NCBI GenBank assembly: GCA_039796795.1
Contig: JBDKJA010000001.1
Coordinates: 3,711 to 67,710 of the forward strand
Origin: Pseudomonadota bacterium
GTDB lineage: Bacteria > Pseudomonadota > Gammaproteobacteria > Steroidobacterales > Steroidobacteraceae
DNA length: 64,000 nt
Direction of reading: 5' to 3'
Shown here: positions 38,094 through 46,761 of the stretch, piece after piece
How the letters are laid out: every line of letters begins with the position of its first letter
Numbering within the stretch: the stretch's first letter is position 1
Notes under the pieces: model-generated
The model's input: only the letters and a program-made list of their open reading frames with translations
Told to the model about the DNA's origin: nothing
Database searches by the model: none
Translations under genes and position numbers: made by a program

Positions 38094-38659
38094 ATCTGGC
38101 GATCGCAGCCTTGATTGCGATCAGTTTCCTTGTGGGTGGGCTTATCCCTGAGCCGATTCGCGAGTTGCTACGCTGGTCTCGAGAGGCGCCTCCCATCGAA
38201 TGGCTCTGGCGCAGTTGGTGTGCACACTGGTTACATCTTGATTTGCGTCACGCGCTGCTAAACGCAGCCGGATTCGGGTTGGTGTTCGCCTGGCTATCCA
38301 ATGCCTTGACCAAGAAGGGTTGGGTGATCGTATCGGCCGTCGCGATCATCTCCATTGATTTGGGTTTATGGTGGCTGACGGCCTTCGAGTGGTACGTCGG
38401 ATCGTCCGCCCTGATTCACTCGATCGCAGCCGCCGGTATCGCGATCCGAATAGCTGACGGTGAGCGGCTCGCGTTCGTAGCGGCATTCGTCGGTTTGCTC
38501 AAGTTGGCTTTCGAACAACTATCCGATACAGGCGCTCTGATTAGTGGTGTACTCGTTGCGACCGATGCGCATCTTTTTGGCGCTGTGGCGGGGGCGATCT
38601 GCGGATTAATCTTCGCGTCGACGGGATGGTGTCGACCGCGATCGGTCACTCTTTCTTAA
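38078..38659 (+). CDS. rrtA: rhomboid-family intramembrane serine protease, rhombosortase-like
   Basis: 193 aa and polytopic. WLWRSWCAHWLHLDLRHALLNAAGFGLV fits the rhombosortase WWR..T.H..H....HL..N pattern. VGSSALIHS is the candidate Ser and AHLFGAVAGAICG the candidate His. GTG 38078 overlaps the PPTase end by 16 nt. Confidence 0.65.
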   Translation: MSRRIDLAIAALIAISFLVGGLIPEPIRELLRWSREAPPIEWLWRSWCAHWLHLDLRHALLNAAGFGLVFAWLSNALTKKGWVIVSAVAIISIDLGLWWLTAFEWYVGSSALIHSIAAAGIAIRIADGERLAFVAAFVGLLKLAFEQLSDTGALISGVLVATDAHLFGAVAGAICGLIFASTGWCRPRSVTLS

Positions 38660-39817
38660 GAGTCCGCTTGCTCGAGCAACAGCAACAGTGCCGAACTTTT
38701 GACGAATGGCATCGATGGTCGTATCGATCGACGATGTTGGTTTAATAACGTCTGAAAATAGATCTGGCTGCTGAGCCGCATCGAATTCCGAGGTTGTTAC
38801 CCCCAGTAGGCGCACTTTCGTCCGGGGCTTTTCACGCAGAAAAGCGCGTAGTAAATCGGTTGCCGTGGTCATCACGAGACGAGTTTCGTCAGTGGCAGCG
38901 GCGAGCGTCTTTTGGCGACTGAACGTCACGAAATCAGCTTGGCGAACCTTGATCCCGACACAGCGCGCGCGCAATCCTTTGCGACGTAGTCTGGCGCTGA
39001 CCTTGTCGCTGAGCGCACTGATTTCTGCGAACATCTCACGTTCATCCGTGAGATCGTTCGAATAAGTCTCCTCGTTGCTGACCGATTTCTCATCGTGTTC
39101 AGGCTCGACCGCTCTATCATCGATGCCGTTTGCTCGAGCGCGCCAGTACGATGCATGTCGACCGAACCATCGATCTAGTTGAGTGTCCGTTGCTCTTTGC
39201 AAATCGCCGATGGTCTTGATGCCGGCGGTAAGCAGTTCATCGCCCTTCTTACGCCCAAGTCCCGGAAGACGTTTGACTGATAGCGGTCCGAGCGTTTCGG
39301 GTATGCGGTCGGGATCAACGACCGTGAGACCGTCCGGTTTATCAAGATCAGACGCAATCTTGGCAACGAGCTTGTTGGGTGCAACACCCACGGATGCGTT
39401 GAGCCCGGTACGCTCTCGTATCAAGCGCTTAACATCCCGAGCGATTGAAACGGCATCACCTTTTAAAGCGAGACTCGCGGTGACATCGAGATAAGCCTCG
39501 TCGAGAGATAGGCCCTCTACTAAGGGCGTGAATTCGTTGAATATCTCGAAGATCTGCGCGGACACTTCCGCATATCGCGCCATCCGTGGTCGTACGCAGA
39601 TAGCGTCTGGGCATAGCTGCAGGGCACGACTCACTGGCATAGCCGAGCGCACTCCGAATGCGCGCACCTCATAGCTTGCCGCAGCGACGACGCCTCGACC
39701 ACTCATTCCGCCTACGATCAGCGGTTGGCCACGCAACTGCGGGTTATCCCGTTGTTCGACCGATGCGTAGAACGCATCCATGTCGACATGCAGTATGACC
39801 CTCTGTGGGCGGAGCAT
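38606..39817 (-). CDS. dinB: DNA polymerase IV (Y-family)
   Basis: ILHVDMDAFYASVEQRDNPQLRGQPLIVGG, plus SLDEAYLDV. 403 aa. Confidence 0.95.
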   Translation of the reverse strand: MLRPQRVILHVDMDAFYASVEQRDNPQLRGQPLIVGGMSGRGVVAAASYEVRAFGVRSAMPVSRALQLCPDAICVRPRMARYAEVSAQIFEIFNEFTPLVEGLSLDEAYLDVTASLALKGDAVSIARDVKRLIRERTGLNASVGVAPNKLVAKIASDLDKPDGLTVVDPDRIPETLGPLSVKRLPGLGRKKGDELLTAGIKTIGDLQRATDTQLDRWFGRHASYWRARANGIDDRAVEPEHDEKSVSNEETYSNDLTDEREMFAEISALSDKVSARLRRKGLRARCVGIKVRQADFVTFSRQKTLAAATDETRLVMTTATDLLRAFLREKPRTKVRLLGVTTSEFDAAQQPDLFSDVIKPTSSIDTTIDAIRQKFGTVAVARASGLLRKSDRSRSTPSRRRED

Positions 39818-39820
39818 CTT

Positions 39821-40642
39821 TTAGCTTGCGAGAAGCGAGGCGAAGCCGGTCAATATCAAGGTCATCAAGGCCAAAATCCAATACACGAGGCCCAGCATGA
39901 CGAACAGCCATGACGTCTTCGCGAGACTCTTGTCGTAGAACACACGGAGTGCCCGCCAGCAATACCAGGTGAGGTAGCCAAAGATGGCTCCACTCAACCA
40001 TCCACCGACGGCAACGGGCAGCACATAGGCTGCGAGCGAATCGAGCACCAAGATTGCGAAGATCGCGCTGTGATTGTGGATTAGAAAGAGCAGATGCTCG
40101 GCATACAGTCGTCGTGGGCTCCAGAAAAACAGCATCATCAGCGCGGCGAAAGCCGGTAGCAGCACGAACATCGCTTTGGGCGCATTACGTTGAAAGTTCT
40201 CGACGAGCTTGGCGCCGTTGTCGACCTTCATTCGTTCGCATGCCGCTCGAAATCGCGGTTGGAGGAACTCTGCGAAAGGCCCCTCGAATTGCCATTCGCA
40301 AAATCGATTCTCGGTTGTCGTGTCGAGTTCGATCGGCTTATGGCGAGTCTCGTTTGCTGGTGGTAACGAGGCCAGCAGGAAAAATATGACGCTGATAATC
40401 AGATAGAGACGAATCGGCGGCAGATAGGCGCTACGGCGACCCGCGAAATACTCACGGGTCAGAAAGCCCGGTTTGGTCATCAGATAACGCAGCGTGATCC
40501 ACAGCCGCGAATCGGCATGCGTCAGCGTTTCGACCGTCTCTTCCAGCAAGTAAGCAACGGTCGGTTGCTTTGTGACGTGCCGCTGCCCGCAGCTGGCGCA
40601 GAACGCGCCAGTCAGCGGGGCATTGCAGTTCAGACAATTCAC
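39821..40642 (-). CDS. DUF3667-like membrane protein with N-terminal zinc ribbon
   Basis: MNCLNCNAPLTGAFCASCGQ, then ...TLRYLMTKPGFLTREYFAGRRSAYLPPIRLYLIISVIFF and further TM segments. Confidence 0.7.
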   Translation of the reverse strand: MNCLNCNAPLTGAFCASCGQRHVTKQPTVAYLLEETVETLTHADSRLWITLRYLMTKPGFLTREYFAGRRSAYLPPIRLYLIISVIFFLLASLPPANETRHKPIELDTTTENRFCEWQFEGPFAEFLQPRFRAACERMKVDNGAKLVENFQRNAPKAMFVLLPAFAALMMLFFWSPRRLYAEHLLFLIHNHSAIFAILVLDSLAAYVLPVAVGGWLSGAIFGYLTWYCWRALRVFYDKSLAKTSWLFVMLGLVYWILALMTLILTGFASLLAS

Positions 40643-43188
40643 GAAACGACGTCGTGCTCGTTGATTTTGAGTGACACCTGCATGCGCGGTTGTGACTGTG
40701 TGCCAAGTTCGTCTGGCGCAAAATCATCGACATGGATCAAATCCATGACCTTGCGATCATAAGCCCGCAACCACACAGCTTCGTCGGCGTTGATAATGCC
40801 GATCTCTTGCGCCTCGGCGATTTGTCCAGGCAGGTCCAACGAGTGGATTCGACCTGTTTTGACGCCTTCGACACGGATTCGCTTTTCAAGACTTTCGGCG
40901 CGCTCTGCCATTTCGAGCACTTCTTGCAGCAGGCCGAGGGCGTTGCCTTGTTCGATCCGACGGTAGACCGGATAACAAAGACGATCTCGAGTCTCAGTCG
41001 GTGAGGTGACGAGCGCGGCGAGCTTGCGACCCAGTCGATCGTCGGGTGCCGAGTATTGCAAGCCACGTGGAAAAATCAGAAAGCGCATCGTGGCAGCCAG
41101 AAAACGGTTCGGGAAATTTCGCAGGAAGCCGTGCAGCTGTTCTTGGGCCTGATACAGCAGGTGACGACATGCCCATTCAACGATGGGTAGATCTTCCTTG
41201 CGACGACCTTGGTTCTCGTAGTGCTTGAGCACCATCGATGCCAGATACATGTATGACAAAACGTCGCCGAGGCGGGCAGAGAGATTTTCCTTCTTTTTCA
41301 GATAACCGCCCAACGACAACATCGCCACATCGACCGCGAAAGCGAAGCTCGCGGAAAAACGAACAATATGTTGGTAGTAGCGCGTTGCGAGACCAGCGTC
41401 GGGTGCAGCCGTGAAACGCGCGTTGGTCAATGCCATCACGAAGGAGCGCACAGCGTTGCTCAAGGTGAATCCGATATGACCAAACAGGGCGGCGTCGAAA
41501 TCGTCGACACCGCGCTGACGATCGGGATTTCGTGCGGCTTCCATTTCCTTGAGAACGAACGGATGACAACGAATCGCCCCTTGTCCGAAGATGATGAGGC
41601 TGCGCGTGAGAATATTCGCTCCCTCGACCGTGATGGCGACTGGAACGACTTGATAACCGCGGCCGAGGTAATTTTTGGGGCCAAGACAAATACCCTTACC
41701 GCCATGAACGTCCATCGCGTCGTTAGCGACCATGCGGCTCATTTCCGTGACGTGATACTTCAACATGGCTGAAGGTACTGAGGGCTTTTCTCCGCCGTCG
41801 ATCGCGCCGGCCGTCACGGATCGTGCGGCATCCATCGTGTATGTCAGTCCTACCATGCGCGCGATAACGCTCTCGATTCCTTCGAACTGACCAACCGGCA
41901 TGTTGAATTGCCGGCGGATTCGCGAATAGGCGCCGGTGGCGAAGACGGCCGCCTTGCCACCGCCCGTTCCGCTTGAGGGAAGGGAGATGCATCGACCCAC
42001 AGACAATTGCTCAACAAGCATCCGCCAGCCCTGGCCTGCCATTTTCGGACCCCCGATGATGAAATCGAGCGGCACGAAGACGTTTTCGCCATGGATAGGG
42101 CCATTCTGGAACGGCACGTTGAGCGGGAAATGACGTCGGCCGATCGAGACGCCCGGCGTGCCACGCGGGATAAGCGCGCAGGTGATGCCGATATCTTCCC
42201 GATCACCGAGTAAACGTTCCGGATCGAAAAGACGGAAAGCCAAGCCAATGACCGTCGCGACCGGCGCCAACGTGATGTAGCGCTTGGAGAAATTCAGGCG
42301 GATGCCGATGATGTCTTGGCCTTGCCATTGCCCGCGACAAATCACACCCGTATCCGGGAGCGACGCAGCATCGGAACCTGCTCTTGGCCCTGTGAGCGCG
42401 AAGCAAGGGATATCTTCACCGCGTGCCAAGCGCGGCAGGTAATGATTTTTTTGATCTTCCGTGCCGTAGTGCTGCAGCAGCTCGCCGGGGCCGAGCGAGT
42501 TGGGCACGGCCACAGTTGATGAGACGACGGCGCTACGACTCGAGAGTTTGGCCAGTACACATGAGTGTGCATAGGCGGAGAACTCGAGACCACCGTACTT
42601 CTTCTGGATGATCATCGAGAAGAAGCCTTTGCTCTTCAGGAACTCCCACACTTCGGGCGGCATATCGCCACGACGATGAGTAATGTCGAAGTCGTCAATC
42701 ATTCGACAGAGGTCTTCACAGGGGCCATCCAGAAAAGCTTGTTCTTCAGCAGTCAGTCGCGGCGTCTTGGCCCCGAGTAACTTCGACCAGTCGGGATTAC
42801 CGGTGAAGAGCTCACCGTCCCACCATACGGTGCCCGCTTCGAGTGCTTCGCGCTCCGTCGAGGACATCGACGGCAACATGCGTCGATAGATCTTCATGAA
42901 GGGTCGCGTTATCACTGCCTTTCGCATCGGATGGATATTGAACGCCACTAACACAAAGAAAAGCAGCCAAAGAATTCCCTTCCATATACCCGCTGGTTCG
43001 CCGGCGGCGCTGTACGCTGTTAGCAGTACGAAGAACGTGGCGGTGAATGCCAGCAAGCTCAATCGTTTATAGGCGAGATACAACACGGCTGCCACGAAGA
43101 GCAGTGCGATGATGCCGCCGGTGGCGGTGAGCGCCCAGGCGGCGAGAAGGGCCAGAGTGATGGAGATGATCGCGTTAGTCATGGCCAT
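40639..43188 (-). CDS. fadE: large membrane-anchored acyl-CoA dehydrogenase (FadE-type)
   Basis: 849 aa with N-terminal TM helices followed by acyl-CoA dehydrogenase domains. The size and architecture match E. coli FadE. Confidence 0.9.
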   Translation of the reverse strand: MAMTNAIISITLALLAAWALTATGGIIALLFVAAVLYLAYKRLSLLAFTATFFVLLTAYSAAGEPAGIWKGILWLLFFVLVAFNIHPMRKAVITRPFMKIYRRMLPSMSSTEREALEAGTVWWDGELFTGNPDWSKLLGAKTPRLTAEEQAFLDGPCEDLCRMIDDFDITHRRGDMPPEVWEFLKSKGFFSMIIQKKYGGLEFSAYAHSCVLAKLSSRSAVVSSTVAVPNSLGPGELLQHYGTEDQKNHYLPRLARGEDIPCFALTGPRAGSDAASLPDTGVICRGQWQGQDIIGIRLNFSKRYITLAPVATVIGLAFRLFDPERLLGDREDIGITCALIPRGTPGVSIGRRHFPLNVPFQNGPIHGENVFVPLDFIIGGPKMAGQGWRMLVEQLSVGRCISLPSSGTGGGKAAVFATGAYSRIRRQFNMPVGQFEGIESVIARMVGLTYTMDAARSVTAGAIDGGEKPSVPSAMLKYHVTEMSRMVANDAMDVHGGKGICLGPKNYLGRGYQVVPVAITVEGANILTRSLIIFGQGAIRCHPFVLKEMEAARNPDRQRGVDDFDAALFGHIGFTLSNAVRSFVMALTNARFTAAPDAGLATRYYQHIVRFSASFAFAVDVAMLSLGGYLKKKENLSARLGDVLSYMYLASMVLKHYENQGRRKEDLPIVEWACRHLLYQAQEQLHGFLRNFPNRFLAATMRFLIFPRGLQYSAPDDRLGRKLAALVTSPTETRDRLCYPVYRRIEQGNALGLLQEVLEMAERAESLEKRIRVEGVKTGRIHSLDLPGQIAEAQEIGIINADEAVWLRAYDRKVMDLIHVDDFAPDELGTQSQPRMQVSLKINEHDVVS

Positions 43189-43207
43189 AGCCTACAAGAG
43201 GTCAGAC

Positions 43208-43236
43208 AAAAAAAGAGGGGCCGATGCGGCCCCTCT
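43208..43236 (-). terminator. intrinsic terminator of mdh
   Basis: On the minus strand: AGAGGGGCC-gcatc-GGCCCCTCT (9-bp perfect stem) followed by a T-tract (7 T including the stem end). Confidence 0.85.
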
Positions 43237-43262
43237 TGATGAGTTCGCTTGAGCGAGGGGGG

Positions 43263-44243
43263 TTAGCCGAGTAGATCCTTTACGCCGTCCCGCTCTTCCA
43301 GCAATTCCTTGTGCGTGGCATCCATGCGCTGACGGCTGAACTCGTCGATCGCAAGGCCCTGTACGATTTCGTACTGGCCATTACGGCAGACGACCGGATA
43401 CGAGTAGATGACGCCTTCGGGAATACCGTAGCTGCCATCCGAGGGAATGCCCATGGATACCCAATCGCCAGCGGAAGAGCCGCGGAACCAGTCGCGGATG
43501 TGATCGATAGCGGCCGAGCCTGCAGAAGCGGCGGAGGAGGCGCCGCGGGCCTTGATGATGGCAGCGCCGCGTTGCTGCACGGTCGGGATGAAATCCTTTT
43601 CGATCCAGTTGGCGTCCACCAAGGAGCGAGCCGGCTGACCCTTCACAAGGCAGTGGTTGATGTCGGGGTACTGCGTCGCCGAATGATTTCCCCAGATGAT
43701 CATTTTCTGGATGTCATTCACGTGACAGCCCGTTTTTTCGGCCAGTTGCGACAGCGCACGGTTGTGATCGAGGCGCGTCATCGCTGTGAACGACTGCGGC
43801 TTGAGTGACGGCGCATTCTTCATCGCGATCAGCGCATTGGTGTTGGCCGGATTTCCGACGACGAGCACGCGTACGTCGCGGGCCGCTACATCGTTAAGGG
43901 CTTTGCCCTGCGCCGAGAAGATTTGGGCGTTGGCGAGCAGCAGGTCCTTTCGCTCCATACCAGGACCGCGTGGGCGCGCGCCAACGAGCAGCGCAGCGTG
44001 GCAATCCTTAAAGGCGACGCGCGCATCGTCCGTGGCCACGACCTTGTTGAGCGTAGGGAACGCACAATCGTTGAGTTCCATTACGACGCCCTGCAGCGTC
44101 GGCAGCGCCGGCGTGATTTCCAACAGGTGCAGATTGACCGGTTGGTCAGGTCCGAGCATGGCGCCAGAGGCGACACGGAAAGCGAGGGCATAACCAATCT
44201 GACCAGCGGCGCCGGTAATGGCGACGTTCAAGGGCTGCTTCAT
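43263..44243 (-). CDS. mdh: malate dehydrogenase (LDH-like type 2 MDH)
   Basis: [20 protein letters not shown] and [13 protein letters not shown] 44243 is preceded by GGAGAA. Confidence 0.95.
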   Translation of the reverse strand: MKQPLNVAITGAAGQIGYALAFRVASGAMLGPDQPVNLHLLEITPALPTLQGVVMELNDCAFPTLNKVVATDDARVAFKDCHAALLVGARPRGPGMERKDLLLANAQIFSAQGKALNDVAARDVRVLVVGNPANTNALIAMKNAPSLKPQSFTAMTRLDHNRALSQLAEKTGCHVNDIQKMIIWGNHSATQYPDINHCLVKGQPARSLVDANWIEKDFIPTVQQRGAAIIKARGASSAASAGSAAIDHIRDWFRGSSAGDWVSMGIPSDGSYGIPEGVIYSYPVVCRNGQYEIVQGLAIDEFSRQRMDATHKELLEERDGVKDLLG

Positions 44244-44309
44244 CCGGAAATTCTCCACGTTGATAGGCGCGCGAATTTTACGTGATCAGGCAGCCCGTGC
44301 CGTGGCCAC

Positions 44310-44347
44310 TTGACTGCGTTATAGTGTTGTAGTTATATATAACACTA
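44310..44347 (+). promoter_or_regulatory. sigma70-like promoter overlapped by an inverted repeat (candidate GntR/YtrA operator)
   Basis: TTGACT (44310-44315), a 17-nt spacer, then TTATAT (44333-44338). The inverted repeat TAGTGTT-N12-AACACTA (44322-44347) spans the -10 element. Confidence 0.5.
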
Positions 44348-44541
44348 GATTGTTTAATCCAGAGGTATTAACGTGCATACATGGACCTACTCGAAACCGC
44401 TAGCCACCATGACCGTCGCTGCCGTCGCCGCCGCCTTGCTGACGAGCGCAATGCTGTGGAGCTTGGCGCTTTCGGCCGACCTGCCGGTCGCCCCCCGATT
44501 TGCCGTTTCGGTGTTTTCGCTGGCCTGAAGGTGTTGGAAAG

Positions 44542-44904
44542 ATGATCGACCGCCAGTGGAATGACGATGCACCGATCTACCGCCAACTGCGGGACCGGGT
44601 CGTCGCCATGATCCTCGACGGAGCATTGAAGGAGGGTGATCCCTTGCCCTCGGTGCGTAACGTCGCGGCGGAGTTTCGGATCAATCCCTTGACCGTACTC
44701 AAGGCCTATCAAGAGCTGGTCGACGAGCAACTGGTCGAGAAACGACGCGGCCGCGGCATGTACGTCAACGCCGGTGCCAGAGCGGCGCTGCTCAAAGATG
44801 AGCGGCAACGATTCCTGGCGGATGAGTGGCCACGTACCCGTGCCAAGATCGAACGTCTCGGTCTGGCCATCGACGAGCTGCTCGCAACTCAAGAACAGAA
44901 GTGA
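44542..44904 (+). CDS. GntR-family transcriptional regulator, YtrA-like (short C-terminal domain)
   Basis: About 120 aa. The wHTH motif is PLPSVRNVAAEFRINPLTVLKAYQELV. It is followed by ABC ATPase and permease genes, as in YtrA operons. Confidence 0.85.
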   Translation: MIDRQWNDDAPIYRQLRDRVVAMILDGALKEGDPLPSVRNVAAEFRINPLTVLKAYQELVDEQLVEKRRGRGMYVNAGARAALLKDERQRFLADEWPRTRAKIERLGLAIDELLATQEQK

Positions 44905-44914
44905 GGACTCTCCC

Positions 44915-45832
44915 ATGGGAGCAGTAATACACGCGCACGACGTTCGCAAGCGCTATGGTCGTTCGACTTTGGCGCTCGACGGTCTCAATTTTGATGTGGC
45001 CGCCGGCCGTATCGTCGGATTGATGGGGCCAAATGGTGCCGGCAAAACCACTGCGCTAAAGGCCATCCTAGGGTTGACTCCCTTCGAAGGCGAGTTGCAG
45101 GTGCTCGGACGCGACCCGCGCACCGAGCGTGATTCTTTGATGAAGGATGTCTGCTTCATCGCCGACGTTGCGGTCCTGCCAAAATGGTTGCGTGTCGATC
45201 ATGCGCTCGACTATGTCGCAGGGGTTCACCCGAAATTCGATCGGCAACGAGCCGATGACGTGCTATCGCGCACCGACATCAAGCGCAAGAGCAAGGTGGG
45301 CGAGCTATCCAAAGGTATGATCACGCAGCTTCATCTGGCACTGATCATGGCTATCGATGCGAAGTTACTCGTGCTCGATGAGCCGACGCTCGGTCTTGAT
45401 CTGCTTTATCGACGAAGTTTCTACGAAGCCTTGCTCAACGATTATTTCGATCATGAACGCACCATTCTGGTGACGACCCACCAGGTCGAAGAAGTCGAGA
45501 ATCTACTGACCGACGTACTCTTCATCAGTCACGGCAAGATCGTGCTCGATTCAACGGTCGATGCGTTGCCCAGTCGATTTTCGCAGCTCGTGACCTCGTC
45601 CGATCATGTGGCGGCCGCTCGCGCTCTACGACCTGTCTATGAGCGCGAGGTATTTGGTCGTCATGCTTTCGTTTTCGATATCAGCAAGGGTGGGGCGCCG
45701 ACGACGGACGAACTTGCCGCTTGGGGCGATGTTAGAACACCGTCGATTTCCGATCTGTTTGTTGCGTTGATGAATGGTGGTAACTCGACGGGCGTGAATT
45801 CGGCTGGCGTTAGCGCGGGGGGTGCCCGATGA
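44915..45832 (+). CDS. ABC transporter ATP-binding protein
   Basis: Walker A GPNGAGKTT, signature LSKGM, Walker B LLVLDEPT. The start is set at ATG 44915 (MGAVIHAHDVRKRYG). Confidence 0.9.
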   Translation: MGAVIHAHDVRKRYGRSTLALDGLNFDVAAGRIVGLMGPNGAGKTTALKAILGLTPFEGELQVLGRDPRTERDSLMKDVCFIADVAVLPKWLRVDHALDYVAGVHPKFDRQRADDVLSRTDIKRKSKVGELSKGMITQLHLALIMAIDAKLLVLDEPTLGLDLLYRRSFYEALLNDYFDHERTILVTTHQVEEVENLLTDVLFISHGKIVLDSTVDALPSRFSQLVTSSDHVAAARALRPVYEREVFGRHAFVFDISKGGAPTTDELAAWGDVRTPSISDLFVALMNGGNSTGVNSAGVSAGGAR

Positions 45833-46752
45833 ACCTCAAGGTTATGAAAACCTTGCTTTGGCGCGAGACTTGGGAACATCGCGGCCTGATCTGGGCTCCT
45901 TTGATCACCGCTGCAGTCATCGTGCTGACGGCGTTACTGAGCGCCAACTTCACTGGTAGTGTCAAAATTGATCTTGATGGCAACGAACAAGAATTGTTTG
46001 CCGCGTTATCGACAGACTTCTCTCATCAGCGACAATTGTTTGCCGTATGGCTCGGCGCACTCGTCATTCCACAAATGCTCGTGGCGATGATTGTGCTGGC
46101 GTTCTACATGCTCGACAGTCTCTACAACGAGCGGAAAGATCGCAGCATTTTGTTTTGGAAGTCGATGCCGGTATCCGATGCGGAAACGGTCGGCTCGAAG
46201 CTCGCTACGGCTTTGTTGCTCGTGCCGTTGTGGGTGTGGATCGTCTCGATGATCACGAGCCTCGTGGTGTTCGCCATTGTGAGCCTGAAATTGGGTGGCA
46301 CACCGCTTGCGCCCCTGACCACGTTCCATCCTGATGCGTGGTTTGTTTTGCAGTTGACCATGCTGCAAAACGTCTTAGTAGCAGCACTGTGGTATGCCCC
46401 GATCGCAGTCTATTTGCTCTTGATGTCTGTCTATGCCAAGCGCAGCCCGTTTCTTTGGGCTGTGTTACCGCCTGTGCTCTTGGTCATTTTCGAAGAGATC
46501 GCTTTCAACACGAGCATGATCGCGGGTTTTATCTCGAACCGCCTGTTCGGGTTTTTCCGTGAGCTTGATCTGAATATCTCCGCGGGCGACGGAACGACCT
46601 CTGCCTCTGTGATGCAACAGATCGCTCGGAACTATGAACAGCTCGGCACACTCGACATGCTCGCGACGACCGACCTATGGTTTGGCGTGGTCGCGGCTGT
46701 GATCGGCTTCTTCATCGTCGTACGACTGCGTCGCTGGCGGGATGACGCCTGA
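45829..46752 (+). CDS. ABC-2-type transporter permease-like membrane protein
   Basis: 307 aa and multi-TM. It overlaps the ATPase gene by 4 nt (ATGA). Confidence 0.65.
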   Translation: MNLKVMKTLLWRETWEHRGLIWAPLITAAVIVLTALLSANFTGSVKIDLDGNEQELFAALSTDFSHQRQLFAVWLGALVIPQMLVAMIVLAFYMLDSLYNERKDRSILFWKSMPVSDAETVGSKLATALLLVPLWVWIVSMITSLVVFAIVSLKLGGTPLAPLTTFHPDAWFVLQLTMLQNVLVAALWYAPIAVYLLLMSVYAKRSPFLWAVLPPVLLVIFEEIAFNTSMIAGFISNRLFGFFRELDLNISAGDGTTSASVMQQIARNYEQLGTLDMLATTDLWFGVVAAVIGFFIVVRLRRWRDDA

Positions 46753-46761
46753 TCGGGAGCT

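Noticed and set aside
38078-38659. I searched for GlyGly-CTERM substrates of the rhombosortase-like protease among the window's ORF C-termini.
   Set aside because: No ORF ends with the Gly-Gly / hydrophobic helix / basic-tail pattern. Any substrates must be encoded elsewhere.
39818-39920. LexA/SOS box upstream of dinB.
   Set aside because: No CTG-N10-CAG-type palindrome is visible. The region is the 3' end of the DUF3667 coding sequence. A lineage-specific LexA motif cannot be excluded without a PWM.
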